Source: Catajapyx aquilonaris (taxonomy: Eukaryota). From it: 64,000 nt of DNA. Positions 63,746-64,000 of the stretch are shown piece by piece; positions within the stretch are counted from its first letter, which is position 1; each line of letters starts with the position of its first letter. Where the stretch lies: NCBI GenBank assembly GCA_000934665.2, contig KZ538114.1, positions 1-64,000 on the forward strand. Direction: 5' to 3'. Made by a program: the position numbers and the translations under genes. Under the pieces are notes generated by a model. The model ran no database searches, had not been told where the DNA came from, and saw only the letters and a program-made list of their open reading frames with translations.

Positions 63746-63932
63746 GGCCACCACTTCAAGTGGAGAGTGACCCAGTTTGATGAGACATGTCACAGGAGAT
63801 AAAACCGGTTATTGCGTAATATTGTTCCGCCATGAGCGTCGGCTCCCCCCCTGCAGCACGCTTATTCCCCATCAATTTCTTACCTTTGATCTCGTTGAAG
63901 CGAGTGATCTTGGACTTGGAAAAGGTGGCCAT
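59159..63932 (-). CDS. HMMR: Hyaluronan-mediated motility receptor (RHAMM) homologue, ~779 aa
   Basis: Minus-strand exons 63932-63884, 62615-62449, 62362-62270, 61542-61246, 60980-60477, 60388-59159. N-terminal FSKSKITRFNE..PAPGAYDPK, long coiled coil, C-terminal LGHQNLRQKIRHVVDLKNE and KEN box (KENFAP). Confidence 0.9.
63368..63671. mobile_element. pogo/Tigger-type MITE in HMMR intron 1
   Basis: CAGGTAGTCCTTGGTTTAGAAATG vs reverse complement CAGGTAGCCCCTGGTCTACAAATG; TA on both flanks. Confidence 0.8.
63672..63745. repeat. (TAT)n microsatellite; a similar TAT/TAC tract lies at ~61673-61743
   Basis: Direct inspection. Confidence 0.95.
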
Positions 63933-64000
63933 CTTTCCTGAGTATAATGCGGGTCAACGGGAAGGCGAACAGAGAGAGGGAATGAGGGAGGAAGAGAACG

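Overview
Eukaryotic, intron-containing animal DNA, most likely arthropod (neurotactin gene; many 52-85 bp GT-AG introns). No prokaryotic features, CRISPR arrays, or recognisable rRNA/tRNA genes. Seven protein-coding genes can be assembled by hand with frame-consistent splicing: exportin-5 (+), a TTC29-like TPR protein with a long acidic repeat-bearing N-terminus (+), an unnamed 666-aa single-coding-exon protein whose C-terminus resembles the Cys-rich region of P-element/THAP9-type transposases (-), SLMAP (+), neurotactin (+), TMEM117 with a ~270-aa N-terminal extension (+), and HMMR/RHAMM (-). The first 3.5 kb is a dense transposon cluster: an internally deleted Helitron with an intact 3' end, a putative non-autonomous retroposon with tandem 5' monomers, and Sola-like and Harbinger-like MITEs. 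Many small MITEs, microsatellites and a 293-N gap lie in introns and intergenic DNA. Family assignments come from remembered motifs, not database searches. The best novelty candidates are the possible domesticated transposase-derived gene and the monomer-headed non-coding retroposon.
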